Below the pieces are notes generated by a model. The model saw only the letters and a program-made list of their open reading frames with translations, was not told the origin of the DNA and ran no database searches. Source: an uncultured Bacteroidales bacterium (GTDB lineage Bacteria; Bacteroidota; Bacteroidia; Bacteroidales; Paludibacteraceae). Taken from it: DNA of 64,000 nucleotides. Below, piece after piece: positions 35,780 to 44,228 of the stretch (positions are counted from its first letter, which is position 1; each line of letters begins with the position of its first letter). Made by a program: the position numbers and the translations under genes. The stretch lies in NCBI GenBank assembly GCA_902774995.1, contig CACYKR010000012.1, forward strand, positions 121 through 64,120, given 5' to 3'.

Positions 35780-36769
35780 ATGACGTATCTGATTATTCGT
35801 TTTGCGACATTGGGAAACGTAGCTATGACCGTTCCGGTTCTGGCTTCCGTCAGCCGTCGCTATCCGGATGATCAGTTTATAGTGGCGGGCAAGAAGAAAC
35901 TGGGGGCGATGTTCGGGGGAATGCCCAATGTCCGTTTTCACGAGGTGGACAACCGGCTGGACTGGAAAGGTGTGATAGCACTCTGGAAAGAACTGCGGAA
36001 CGAAGTAGATGCAGTCATTGACCTGCAGAACGTACTTCGCTCACGGATGTTAGGCGTATTGATGCGCATGAGCGGGAAGACCGTGACGCACGTGCACTAC
36101 GGCCGGCTGCGCAAACATTTGATTACGGTCTGGGGCATCGGACGAAAACAGTTGCCCAGCGAGTTTGAGCGCTACCGCGACGCCTTCCGCCGCGCGGGAC
36201 TGGAGAGCGACACCGGCTTTACAGCCATTCCCGTAAACAAACCTGCGGCAAAGAAAGTGAGAGAACTGTTCGGCGCTAAAGAAGGACGGTGGATCGGTAT
36301 TGCTCCGTTTGCCAAGAGGCGGTCTAACATGCTGCCCTACCGCGTCACCAAAGAGATTATTGAGCACTTGAGCAGAGACGGACATACGCGGATCTTCCTC
36401 TTCGGAGCAGGCAGAATCGAGTGTGAGATGCTGCGGCAATGGGCTACCGTCTTTCCAAGGACAACAAGTGTAGCCGGACAGTTGCAGTTGGCTCAAGAGC
36501 TGGAGCTGATGCGCCATCTGGACGCAATGATATGTATGGACAGCGCAAACCAGCATCTGTCCAGCCTGGTAGGCATACGCGCGATAAGCGTCTGGTGCGC
36601 CACCCATCCGATAATCGGGTTTATGGGATGGAAACAAAGACCGGAAGATATCATCCAGCGCAACGACCTCAGATGCCGCCCCTGCGCCTGTCATGGTGCG
36701 AACCACTGCCGGTACGGCAACTACGCCTGCCGGGAAATAGAAGCAGAAAAAATAATACAACAGATATGA
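35780..36769 (+). CDS. Glycosyltransferase family 9 (heptosyltransferase-like)
   Basis: 329 aa. The N-terminus [17 protein letters not shown] and the C-terminal region [19 protein letters not shown] are typical of GT9. Confidence 0.75.
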   Translation: MTYLIIRFATLGNVAMTVPVLASVSRRYPDDQFIVAGKKKLGAMFGGMPNVRFHEVDNRLDWKGVIALWKELRNEVDAVIDLQNVLRSRMLGVLMRMSGKTVTHVHYGRLRKHLITVWGIGRKQLPSEFERYRDAFRRAGLESDTGFTAIPVNKPAAKKVRELFGAKEGRWIGIAPFAKRRSNMLPYRVTKEIIEHLSRDGHTRIFLFGAGRIECEMLRQWATVFPRTTSVAGQLQLAQELELMRHLDAMICMDSANQHLSSLVGIRAISVWCATHPIIGFMGWKQRPEDIIQRNDLRCRPCACHGANHCRYGNYACREIEAEKIIQQI

Positions 36770-37555
36770 GTAAGATTATTTCATTAGCAAACCAAAAAGG
36801 CGGTGTAGGCAAGACCACTACGTCTATCAACCTCTCCGCCGCGCTGGCTATGCAAGGCAAGCGCGTGCTGCTCATTGACGCGGACCCGCAAGCGAACACC
36901 TCGTCGGGTCTGGGCGTGGAGATACAGAAACTGGACAACACCATCTATGAGTGTCTGGTAAACGGGATTGACCCGCATACTGCAATAGTGGAGACAGGTA
37001 CAAAGAACCTCTCTCTCATCCCAAGCCATATAGATTTGGTAGGCGCAGAGATTGAGATGCTGAATATGGAGCATCGTTGAGATGCTGAATATGGAGCATC
37101 GCGAACTGCTGCTGAAAAACATGTTGGCAAAAGTGAAGGACGAGTACGACTACATCCTCATTGACTGCAGCCCGTCGCTGGGGCTCATTACCGTCAATGC
37201 CCTCACCGCAAGCGACAGCGTCATTATCCCTGTACAATGTGAGTTCTTTGCGCTGGAGGGAATCGCCAAACTGCTGAATACAATCAAGATTATCAAATCG
37301 AAACTCAACCCGGGTCTGAAGGTCGAGGGTTTCCTCCTGACGATGTTTGACAACCGTCTGAGACTGAGTAATCAGGTATATGAGGAAGTGAAACGCCATT
37401 TCGGCGATCTGGTGTTCAATACCGTCATTGCCCGCAACGTGCGGTTGAGCGAGGCTCCTTCGCATGGTATGTCCGTACTGGATTATGACCCGGCGTCGAA
37501 AGGCGCACAGAATTATACCGCATTAGCTAAAGAACTTATTGCACGAAACAAATGA
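36766..37555 (+). pseudogene. parA: ParA/Soj chromosome-partitioning ATPase split into two ORFs (36766..37080 and 37082..37555) by a 25-bp tandem duplication
   Basis: The N-fragment [23 protein letters not shown] carries the deviant Walker A. The C-fragment carries ILIDCSPSLG... and NVRLSEAPSHG. Deleting one repeat copy restores a single 254-aa ORF. Confidence 0.85.
37052..37101. repeat. Perfect 25-bp tandem duplication (2 copies) inside parA
   Basis: ttgagatgctgaatatggagcatcg occupies 37052..37076 and is repeated exactly at 37077..37101. This creates a TGA at 37078..37080. Confidence 0.95.
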
Positions 37556-38382
37556 AAAAGATGACAGGCCTTGGGCGCGGATTGGACGCCCTCATTGACA
37601 CCAGCCACGTGGACACCAATGGTGGCAGTTCGATATCGGAGATTGAGTTGGACAAGATTATTGCCAACCCTGACCAGCCCCGCCGCACGTTTGATGAAGA
37701 AGCGCTGGAAGAACTGGCGGACTCCATCCGCGAGCACGGTGTGATTTCCCCAATTACACTGCGCGACAATGGAGACGGTACGTATATGATCATCGCCGGT
37801 GAACGCCGTTTCAGAGCCAGCAAGAGAGCCGGACTGGAACGCATACCTGCTTATATCCGTACGGCGAAGGACGAACAGGTCATGGAATGGGCGCTCATTG
37901 AGAATATTCAGCGCGAGGACTTGGATGCAATCGAGATTGCGCTGGCATACCAGCGGCTCATGGATGACTACAACCTGACGCAGGAGCGTATGTCGGAGCG
38001 CGTAGGAAAGAAACGCGCCACGGTAGCCAATTACCTCCGTCTCCTCAAATTGCCGGCGGAGATACAGGTGGGCATCAAAGAGAAGAAAATCGACATGGGT
38101 CATGCGCGTGCTATCTTGGCTACTCCTTCCGCCGAACGCCAGTTGGCGTTGTACCAGCGGATCCTGAAAGAAGGCTTGTCGGTGCGTAAGGTGGAAGCGC
38201 TGGCACAGGAGGACAAGAGCGAGAGCAAGAAAAGCAAAGAGAAAACCGCCAATCCGTACGAGGCGTTGCAACAGGAACTGAGCGAACGTACCGGATGGAA
38301 AATAAAGATACAGGACGGCAAAGTGATCATCGCCTATACCGATGAAGAGGAGCTGAACCAAATAGCGGACAGATTACGTTGA
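37552..38382 (+). CDS. parB: ParB/Spo0J chromosome-partitioning protein
   Basis: 276 aa. Supporting motifs are GLGRGLDALI, the ParB box IIAGERRFRASKRAG and an HTH region. The ATG overlaps the parA stop (ATGA). Confidence 0.9.
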   Translation: MKKMTGLGRGLDALIDTSHVDTNGGSSISEIELDKIIANPDQPRRTFDEEALEELADSIREHGVISPITLRDNGDGTYMIIAGERRFRASKRAGLERIPAYIRTAKDEQVMEWALIENIQREDLDAIEIALAYQRLMDDYNLTQERMSERVGKKRATVANYLRLLKLPAEIQVGIKEKKIDMGHARAILATPSAERQLALYQRILKEGLSVRKVEALAQEDKSESKKSKEKTANPYEALQQELSERTGWKIKIQDGKVIIAYTDEEELNQIADRLR

Positions 38383-39020
38383 AACGCTTCCTGATCATAT
38401 TATTGCTGGGGATTCCTGTGTCGCTCCGTGCGCAGCAGGACACCATTTACTACCAACCCGACACAACCACGGCTGAGGAGAAATACAAGTATTACATTGA
38501 CCTCACCAAAAAGCCGGATGCCAACAGGGCGGTGTGGCTTGGGGCTATCCTGCCCGGAGCCGGACAGATATACAACAAGTCCTATTGGAAACTGCCGATT
38601 GTTTATGGCGCTTTCATGGGATGCGGCTATGCCATCACCCGGAACCAGAACCGCTATAGCAGCTACAAAACCGCATACAAGGATCTGTATCTGGATAATG
38701 CGAACGGTACGGTGAGCGAAGACGGCAGCAAGAGTTATATCGCCGTCTTGCCGGAAGGATATACGCTGGAGCGGGTCGGGGGAGCAGGTACATGGCTAAA
38801 CACGCTCAAAAACCAGCAGAATATCTACCGCCGGTACAGAGACTATTCCATCCTGGCTACTGTCATTGTTTACGCTCTGACGCTGATTGACGCCTATGTA
38901 GATGCACAGCTCTTTGACTACGACATTTCCCCGGATTTGTCCATAAATGTGGAGCCGCAGATATATATGGATCCCCGCCACCAGCAAAGTACAGAACTGA
39001 AATTAGCTATACAATTTTGA
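38379..39020 (+). CDS. DUF5683-like membrane protein (conserved parB neighbour in Bacteroidota)
   Basis: 213 aa with a TTG start overlapping the parB stop (TTGA). It has a signal peptide and the motif AILPGAGQIYNKSYWKLPIVYG. Confidence 0.6.
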   Translation: MKRFLIILLLGIPVSLRAQQDTIYYQPDTTTAEEKYKYYIDLTKKPDANRAVWLGAILPGAGQIYNKSYWKLPIVYGAFMGCGYAITRNQNRYSSYKTAYKDLYLDNANGTVSEDGSKSYIAVLPEGYTLERVGGAGTWLNTLKNQQNIYRRYRDYSILATVIVYALTLIDAYVDAQLFDYDISPDLSINVEPQIYMDPRHQQSTELKLAIQF

Positions 39021-40399
39021 AAAAGATATTTTTTATTATTCTTGGTTGCGCAGCATGGATGACTATGCCGGCGCAAGAACCGGATACCATCCCGGCTCCT
39101 ACAGCAGAGGATACTATCACCGTGAACAGCCTGCGGCAGGACAGCATTGCCTTGGATAGTCTGGCTATGGACAGTTTGGCTATGGAGGCTTTTGACAGCC
39201 TCATTATAGCGGAGGACTCCGTTGTTTCCGCCCTGCCGTATTACACAGGATGGAACGAAGAGGAAGTGAACGATATCGAGATGCGGACGTTGGACTGGTG
39301 TCTGCAATGGATAGACACTACCGACTGCATCGCCGTGCACGACACCACTACCCTGCCCGACTCGGTTTATAAAGCGCGGCTGCAGGCATTGCCTTGCATA
39401 ATAGAATTGCCGTACAACGAGCGCGTGCGCGCATTTATAATAAGGTACGTGAAGCGCAACCCCAAGCAGGTGGCGCGACTGATGCGCATGGGCGAATACT
39501 ACTTCCCGATGTTTGAGGAAGTGTTGGGCAAATATCAACTACCGTATGAATTGAAATACCTGCCTGTGATAGAGTCCGCGCTCAACCCGATGGCTCGTTC
39601 ACACATGGGAGCTGCGGGGCTTTGGCAGTTCATGCCCGGTACGGGCAAACTCTACGGTTTGGAGATCAACTCGCTGGTAGATGAGCGTATGGATCCGATT
39701 CGCTCCACCGAGGCTGCTTGCCGGTTTCTGAGTAATATGTATGCTGTCTTCAAAGACTGGAATCTGGTAATTGCTGCCTATAACTGCGGCGGAGGAAACG
39801 TAAACAAAGCTATCCGCCGGGCCGGAGGAAAAAGGGATTTCTGGTCCATTTATCCATACCTCCCGCGAGAGACAAGAAACTACGTACCTATCTTCATTGC
39901 CGCCAACTACGCTATGAACTACGGCAATGAGCATGGTATTTGCAAAGCGCCGGTGGAGAAAGCGATGATAACCGACACTATTCGTACGACACAACGGATG
40001 CACCTGCAGCAAGTAAGCGATAACTTAGGTATCGGAATGGCTGAGCTAAGACGGCTCAACCCGCAGTATTCCAGAGACATACTGCCCGGAGGAAGCGCAT
40101 ATACACTGTGTCTGCCGGCAGAGAAAGTAGGTATGTATATCGACCTGCAAGACGCTATTCTCTCGTACAAAGCCGACAGCCTGATTAATAACCGCCGCGC
40201 CGAGATAGACTTAGCAAAAGTCACCGGTCTCAATGGAGGCTACCGGTTGAACGGCATAACGTATTACAAGATTAAACGAGGAGATACCTTAGGCGGGATT
40301 GCCAAGAAATTCCATTGCTCTGTTAAACAACTCAAACAATGGAACGGTCTGAAAAACGATAATATCCGCGAAGGCAAGAAACTGAAGATCTGCAAATAA
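39017..40399 (+). CDS. Lytic murein transglycosylase (MltD-like) with C-terminal LysM domains
   Basis: 460 aa with a TTG start overlapping the upstream stop (TTGA). The SLT catalytic region is VIESALNPMARSHMGAAGLWQFMPGTG. A LysM motif is present: YYKIKRGDTLGGIAKKFHCSVKQLKQWNGL. Confidence 0.8.
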   Translation: MKKIFFIILGCAAWMTMPAQEPDTIPAPTAEDTITVNSLRQDSIALDSLAMDSLAMEAFDSLIIAEDSVVSALPYYTGWNEEEVNDIEMRTLDWCLQWIDTTDCIAVHDTTTLPDSVYKARLQALPCIIELPYNERVRAFIIRYVKRNPKQVARLMRMGEYYFPMFEEVLGKYQLPYELKYLPVIESALNPMARSHMGAAGLWQFMPGTGKLYGLEINSLVDERMDPIRSTEAACRFLSNMYAVFKDWNLVIAAYNCGGGNVNKAIRRAGGKRDFWSIYPYLPRETRNYVPIFIAANYAMNYGNEHGICKAPVEKAMITDTIRTTQRMHLQQVSDNLGIGMAELRRLNPQYSRDILPGGSAYTLCLPAEKVGMYIDLQDAILSYKADSLINNRRAEIDLAKVTGLNGGYRLNGITYYKIKRGDTLGGIAKKFHCSVKQLKQWNGLKNDNIREGKKLKICK

Positions 40400-40414
40400 G
40401 GTATTCTACTGCAT

Positions 40415-40753
40415 ATGGCCACTGACGAAAAGATATATTTCTCGCTGCGCGAGACGGAGCAAGAGACAGGTGTCCCTGCCTCCACCTTGCGGTATTGGGA
40501 GAAGCAGTTTGAGGAACTGAACCCGCGCAAGGACGGTCATGGAAACCGCTATTACACGCGGGAAGACAAGGAGGTTATCAAACGGATCCGGTATATCCGC
40601 GATGAACTGAAGATCACGCGCATCGAAGCCATCCGCAAGGAGCTGCGCAACAACGGCAAGCACTCCGATGAACGCCAAGCAGCGTTAGAAATTCTCTTAC
40701 GCGTCAAAGACGAATTATGTGAAATACGCAAAATAATCAAACACGATGACTGA
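40415..40753 (+). CDS. MerR-family transcriptional regulator (small, 112 aa)
   Basis: The N-terminal HTH YFSLRETEQETGVPASTLRYWEKQF is typical of MerR. The gene overlaps the GtrA gene by 8 nt. Confidence 0.75.
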   Translation: MATDEKIYFSLRETEQETGVPASTLRYWEKQFEELNPRKDGHGNRYYTREDKEVIKRIRYIRDELKITRIEAIRKELRNNGKHSDERQAALEILLRVKDELCEIRKIIKHDD

Positions 40754-41180
40754 TTGGAGTAAAATGACCGACAATTTGCTGCGATCGCAAGCTACTATAT
40801 ACCAACTCATCCGCTATGGTTTTGTAGGCGGAGTGGCATTTATAGCAGACTATGGTTCGTTATATGCCCTGACAGAATGGTGCGGGGTGCAATATTTAGT
40901 ATCCGCGGCCATGGCTTTCATTATCGGTTTGACAGTCAATTATGTGTTAAGCAACTTAATCGTCTTCTCTACACACCGTTTACCCAACCGATGGCTGGAG
41001 TTTGCGATCTTCGCATTAATCGGAGTGGTTGGCTTGGGACTCAATGAAGCGATTATGTACGGTTGCTGCGAATGGGCAGGACTGCATTATATGATAGCCA
41101 AACTGATCTCTACCGTATTGGTATTCTTCTGGAATTTCTTTATACGTAAAATTACACTATTCTATAAACAACCCAAATAA
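40746..41180 (+). CDS. GtrA-family membrane protein (polyprenyl-phosphate-sugar flippase-like)
   Basis: 144 aa with four TM segments. The motif [20 protein letters not shown] and the C-terminal FFWNFFIRK are typical of GtrA-like proteins. Confidence 0.75.
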   Translation: MTDWSKMTDNLLRSQATIYQLIRYGFVGGVAFIADYGSLYALTEWCGVQYLVSAAMAFIIGLTVNYVLSNLIVFSTHRLPNRWLEFAIFALIGVVGLGLNEAIMYGCCEWAGLHYMIAKLISTVLVFFWNFFIRKITLFYKQPK

Positions 41181-42748
41181 TGAAAACAGCACTTATTATC
41201 GGTGCCGGTCCGGCAGGTCTGACTGCAGCCACCGAGCTCCTGAAGCGTACAGATATTCACCCTGTCGTATTGGAGTCCACCCGTCAAATCGGCGGAATCT
41301 CTCAGACCGTCCAGTACCATGGCAACCGGATGGACATAGGCGGTCACCGGTTCTTCTCCAAGAATGAGCGTGTGACAGCATGGTGGGAGGAGTTAATGCC
41401 CATGCAAGGCGCTCCTGCGCTGGATGATCGGTTGCTCGACAAGCACAAACCCATGGCGGAAGGCGGACCGGATCCCGAGAAGACAGACTGCGTGATGCTG
41501 AACAGAGAGCGTGTATCCCGCATCTTCTTTCTCCGTAAATTCTTTGACTATCCTATATCCCTCAAATGGGCAACCTTTGCAGGAATGGGTCTGAAGAACA
41601 CTTTTAGGGCAGGTTGTGGCTATCTGCAGGCCCTCATAAAGAAACTGCCGGAGACGTCCTTGGAGAATTTCTACATCAACCGGTTCGGACGTCCTTTATA
41701 TGAGATGTTCTTTGAGGACTATACCACCAAAGTTTGGGGTGTTCATCCGTCAGAGATAGGCGCCGACTGGGGTTCGCAGCGTGTTAAGGGATTATCGATT
41801 TTTGCGCTGCTTAAAGATGTGTTCATGCGGCCATTCCGACAGGCGGACAGCGGGCAAAAGAATGTAGAGACCTCGTTGATAGAGCAATTTGTGTATCCTA
41901 AGTACGGTCCCGGACAGTTATGGACCTTGGCAGCAGAGCGTGTGCAACAAATGGGAGGTGAGGTTCTGATGGAGCACGAGGTAGTGGGTCTCACCGTTAA
42001 AAACCACCAAATCGTTTCCGTCGAAGTACAAACACCCCAAGGGAAACGTACCATCCCCTGCGATTACTGTTTCTCGTCCATGCCTATCCGCGATTTGGTA
42101 GCTTCGCTAAAGGGGATAGATATTCCTGCGGAAGTAGCGGAAACCGCAGCAGGGCTACCCTACCGTGATTTTATCACCGTAGGAGTGCTTGCCAAGAAAC
42201 TGAAGATTGTGAACGGCACCCACATCCGCACATGGCAGAACCGAGTGCCTGACACATGGATTTACGTACAAGAGAGAGACGTCAAAGTAGGACGGTTGCA
42301 GATATTCAACAACTGGTCTCCGTATATGGTGAAAGACTACCGCAATACCGTCTTTGTAGGTATGGAGTATTTCTGCAACGAAGGAGATGAGTTATGGCAG
42401 ATGTCCGAGCAAGATTTTATCCGGATGGCCGTTCAGGAACTGGTCAAAATAGATGTCGTGGCTCCCGAAGATGTACTGGATACCACGCAGGTCAAGATCC
42501 GCAAAGCCTATCCGGCATATTTCGGAACCTACAAACAGCTACCCGTAGTACGGGAGTTTCTGGACTCGATTGGCAATCTATGGTGTATCGGACGCAATGG
42601 CCAGCACCGCTATAACAATATGGATCACTCTATGCTGACGGCGATGGAAGCAGTGGATAATATTGCCGCCGGAAAAGAGGATAAGCAAAATGTATGGAAC
42701 GTAAATACAGAAACAGCGTATCATGAAGAAAAAAACAAGCCCCAATAA
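41180..42748 (+). CDS. FAD/NAD(P)-binding flavoenzyme (Glf/HemY-like oxidoreductase or mutase)
   Basis: 522 aa. It has an N-terminal dinucleotide fold ([14 protein letters not shown]) and the motif GGHRFFSK. The C-terminal [18 protein letters not shown] resembles the GRxGxYRYxxMD motif of UDP-galactopyranose mutases, from memory. Confidence 0.6.
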   Translation: MKTALIIGAGPAGLTAATELLKRTDIHPVVLESTRQIGGISQTVQYHGNRMDIGGHRFFSKNERVTAWWEELMPMQGAPALDDRLLDKHKPMAEGGPDPEKTDCVMLNRERVSRIFFLRKFFDYPISLKWATFAGMGLKNTFRAGCGYLQALIKKLPETSLENFYINRFGRPLYEMFFEDYTTKVWGVHPSEIGADWGSQRVKGLSIFALLKDVFMRPFRQADSGQKNVETSLIEQFVYPKYGPGQLWTLAAERVQQMGGEVLMEHEVVGLTVKNHQIVSVEVQTPQGKRTIPCDYCFSSMPIRDLVASLKGIDIPAEVAETAAGLPYRDFITVGVLAKKLKIVNGTHIRTWQNRVPDTWIYVQERDVKVGRLQIFNNWSPYMVKDYRNTVFVGMEYFCNEGDELWQMSEQDFIRMAVQELVKIDVVAPEDVLDTTQVKIRKAYPAYFGTYKQLPVVREFLDSIGNLWCIGRNGQHRYNNMDHSMLTAMEAVDNIAAGKEDKQNVWNVNTETAYHEEKNKPQ

Positions 42749-44228
42749 CACAGAACACAACAGCGATAATTATTGGACATTCCTTTTTCAGAAAGCCCAA
42801 CTGACAGACTGGATAACCGTCTTGGTATCCTGCCTCGTCGGCTATGTATTCATTCGTCTATGCTATCCGATGCCTGCGACTTTTCCCGACGCCTTCAGTT
42901 ATGTCGCTGCAGCGCAGACAGACCAATTCAGCATCTATCGCCCGTTCGGCTATTCTGCTTTTCTGCAAATCATACATGCCTTGTCAAGCAGCATTCATGC
43001 GGTAATAATAGCGCAGTTTATACTCTATGCGCTCTCGATAGGGCTGTTTATGATGGCTCTGAAGCGGTACTACCCTATTCACCGTACCTGGCTCCGATTG
43101 ACGATAGAGGTGCTCGTCACGCTGGCTCCCGTATGCATCTATATGCTCAATGCGCTGATGTCAGATGCCCTGTTCTGCAGCCTGATACTCATTATGTTAG
43201 CCATGCTCCTGGTAGTCATATACGACCATTCATGGCTTGCTGCAGGGATTTACCTTGGTACTTTCTTCGGATGTTTATTCGTTCGCTACTCCGCGATGTT
43301 CTTCCCCATAGCCATCATTCCTATCCTTGCAGTGGCAGGCAAACCGGTGCAACGGTTAGTGACAATCGGGATGACGTGTCTTTTGTTCGGGGTATTCTAT
43401 CAGAATATCACACGGAACATGAAAGAAACGATTCACCATGCCCAGTTCTCAACGGGATTTGACGGATGGCAGTTAGCCAATAACGGCTTGCATGTATTGC
43501 CGTTCATCGAAGACGGACAGCAACCGGACAATAAGCGTTTGAGGGAATTTCATCAGATCATGCAATACCAGTTCAAAGACATGATCACAGAGAAAACAGA
43601 CAGCGGAAGGATTGCCACTGCGGCCTTTCTATGGGACAAAGAGGGTCCGCTCAAGCAATACCTGTTCTACTACATGCAAACGACAAGAACTCCTTACCCG
43701 ATAGCATGGGCGAGATTAGGCGGAGGTCTATATGCCGATTACGGAAAATGGCTAATCATGCATTATCCGATGCAGTTCTGGAAACACTACCTGGCACCCA
43801 ACTGCAAAGATGTATTCTACACAACCCATCTGGAGATGGTCGGCAGATATACTGAGATACCTATCGGGCAAAAGGAAATGGCTACATGGTATAACATGGA
43901 TACCACGCAAGCGCACCCTGCCAATTACCTGTTCTATGAGAAGCATTTGAAGGCAGTATTACCGGTGATAGAGTTGCTGACATGGCTATTGTTTATAGGA
44001 GCGTTTGTCATCATTATTATCAACCGGCGGAACATGCTGGCTTCCCGTTCCCGGAAAATAGCTTTTGCCATGCTCTTTGTGTTCGGATTTATCTACTACG
44101 GTACAACCACTTTTGCCTCTCCGATATCAATACGCTATTGGATGCCTATGCATGCGCTGAAGTTAGCGTTCGTATGGATGCTGCTCAGCCAATGGTCCTA
44201 TAATAAGAAAAATCAACAAGCAATATGA
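42723..44228 (+). CDS. Polytopic membrane protein, putative GT-C-fold glycosyltransferase
   Basis: 501 aa with at least 9 predicted hydrophobic helices. There is an acidic/aromatic first-loop motif ([13 protein letters not shown]) and a soluble-looking segment between helices. The gene sits between the flavoenzyme and YfhO, and the function is inferred only. Confidence 0.45.
   Translation: MKKKTSPNNTEHNSDNYWTFLFQKAQLTDWITVLVSCLVGYVFIRLCYPMPATFPDAFSYVAAAQTDQFSIYRPFGYSAFLQIIHALSSSIHAVIIAQFILYALSIGLFMMALKRYYPIHRTWLRLTIEVLVTLAPVCIYMLNALMSDALFCSLILIMLAMLLVVIYDHSWLAAGIYLGTFFGCLFVRYSAMFFPIAIIPILAVAGKPVQRLVTIGMTCLLFGVFYQNITRNMKETIHHAQFSTGFDGWQLANNGLHVLPFIEDGQQPDNKRLREFHQIMQYQFKDMITEKTDSGRIATAAFLWDKEGPLKQYLFYYMQTTRTPYPIAWARLGGGLYADYGKWLIMHYPMQFWKHYLAPNCKDVFYTTHLEMVGRYTEIPIGQKEMATWYNMDTTQAHPANYLFYEKHLKAVLPVIELLTWLLFIGAFVIIIINRRNMLASRSRKIAFAMLFVFGFIYYGTTTFASPISIRYWMPMHALKLAFVWMLLSQWSYNKKNQQAI

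Noticed and set aside
36439-36765. N-terminal part of ORF 36439..37080
   Set aside because: It is an alternative frame of the GT9 gene with an Arg/Pro-rich translation. ParA homology starts at the ATG at 36766, which overlaps the GT9 stop.
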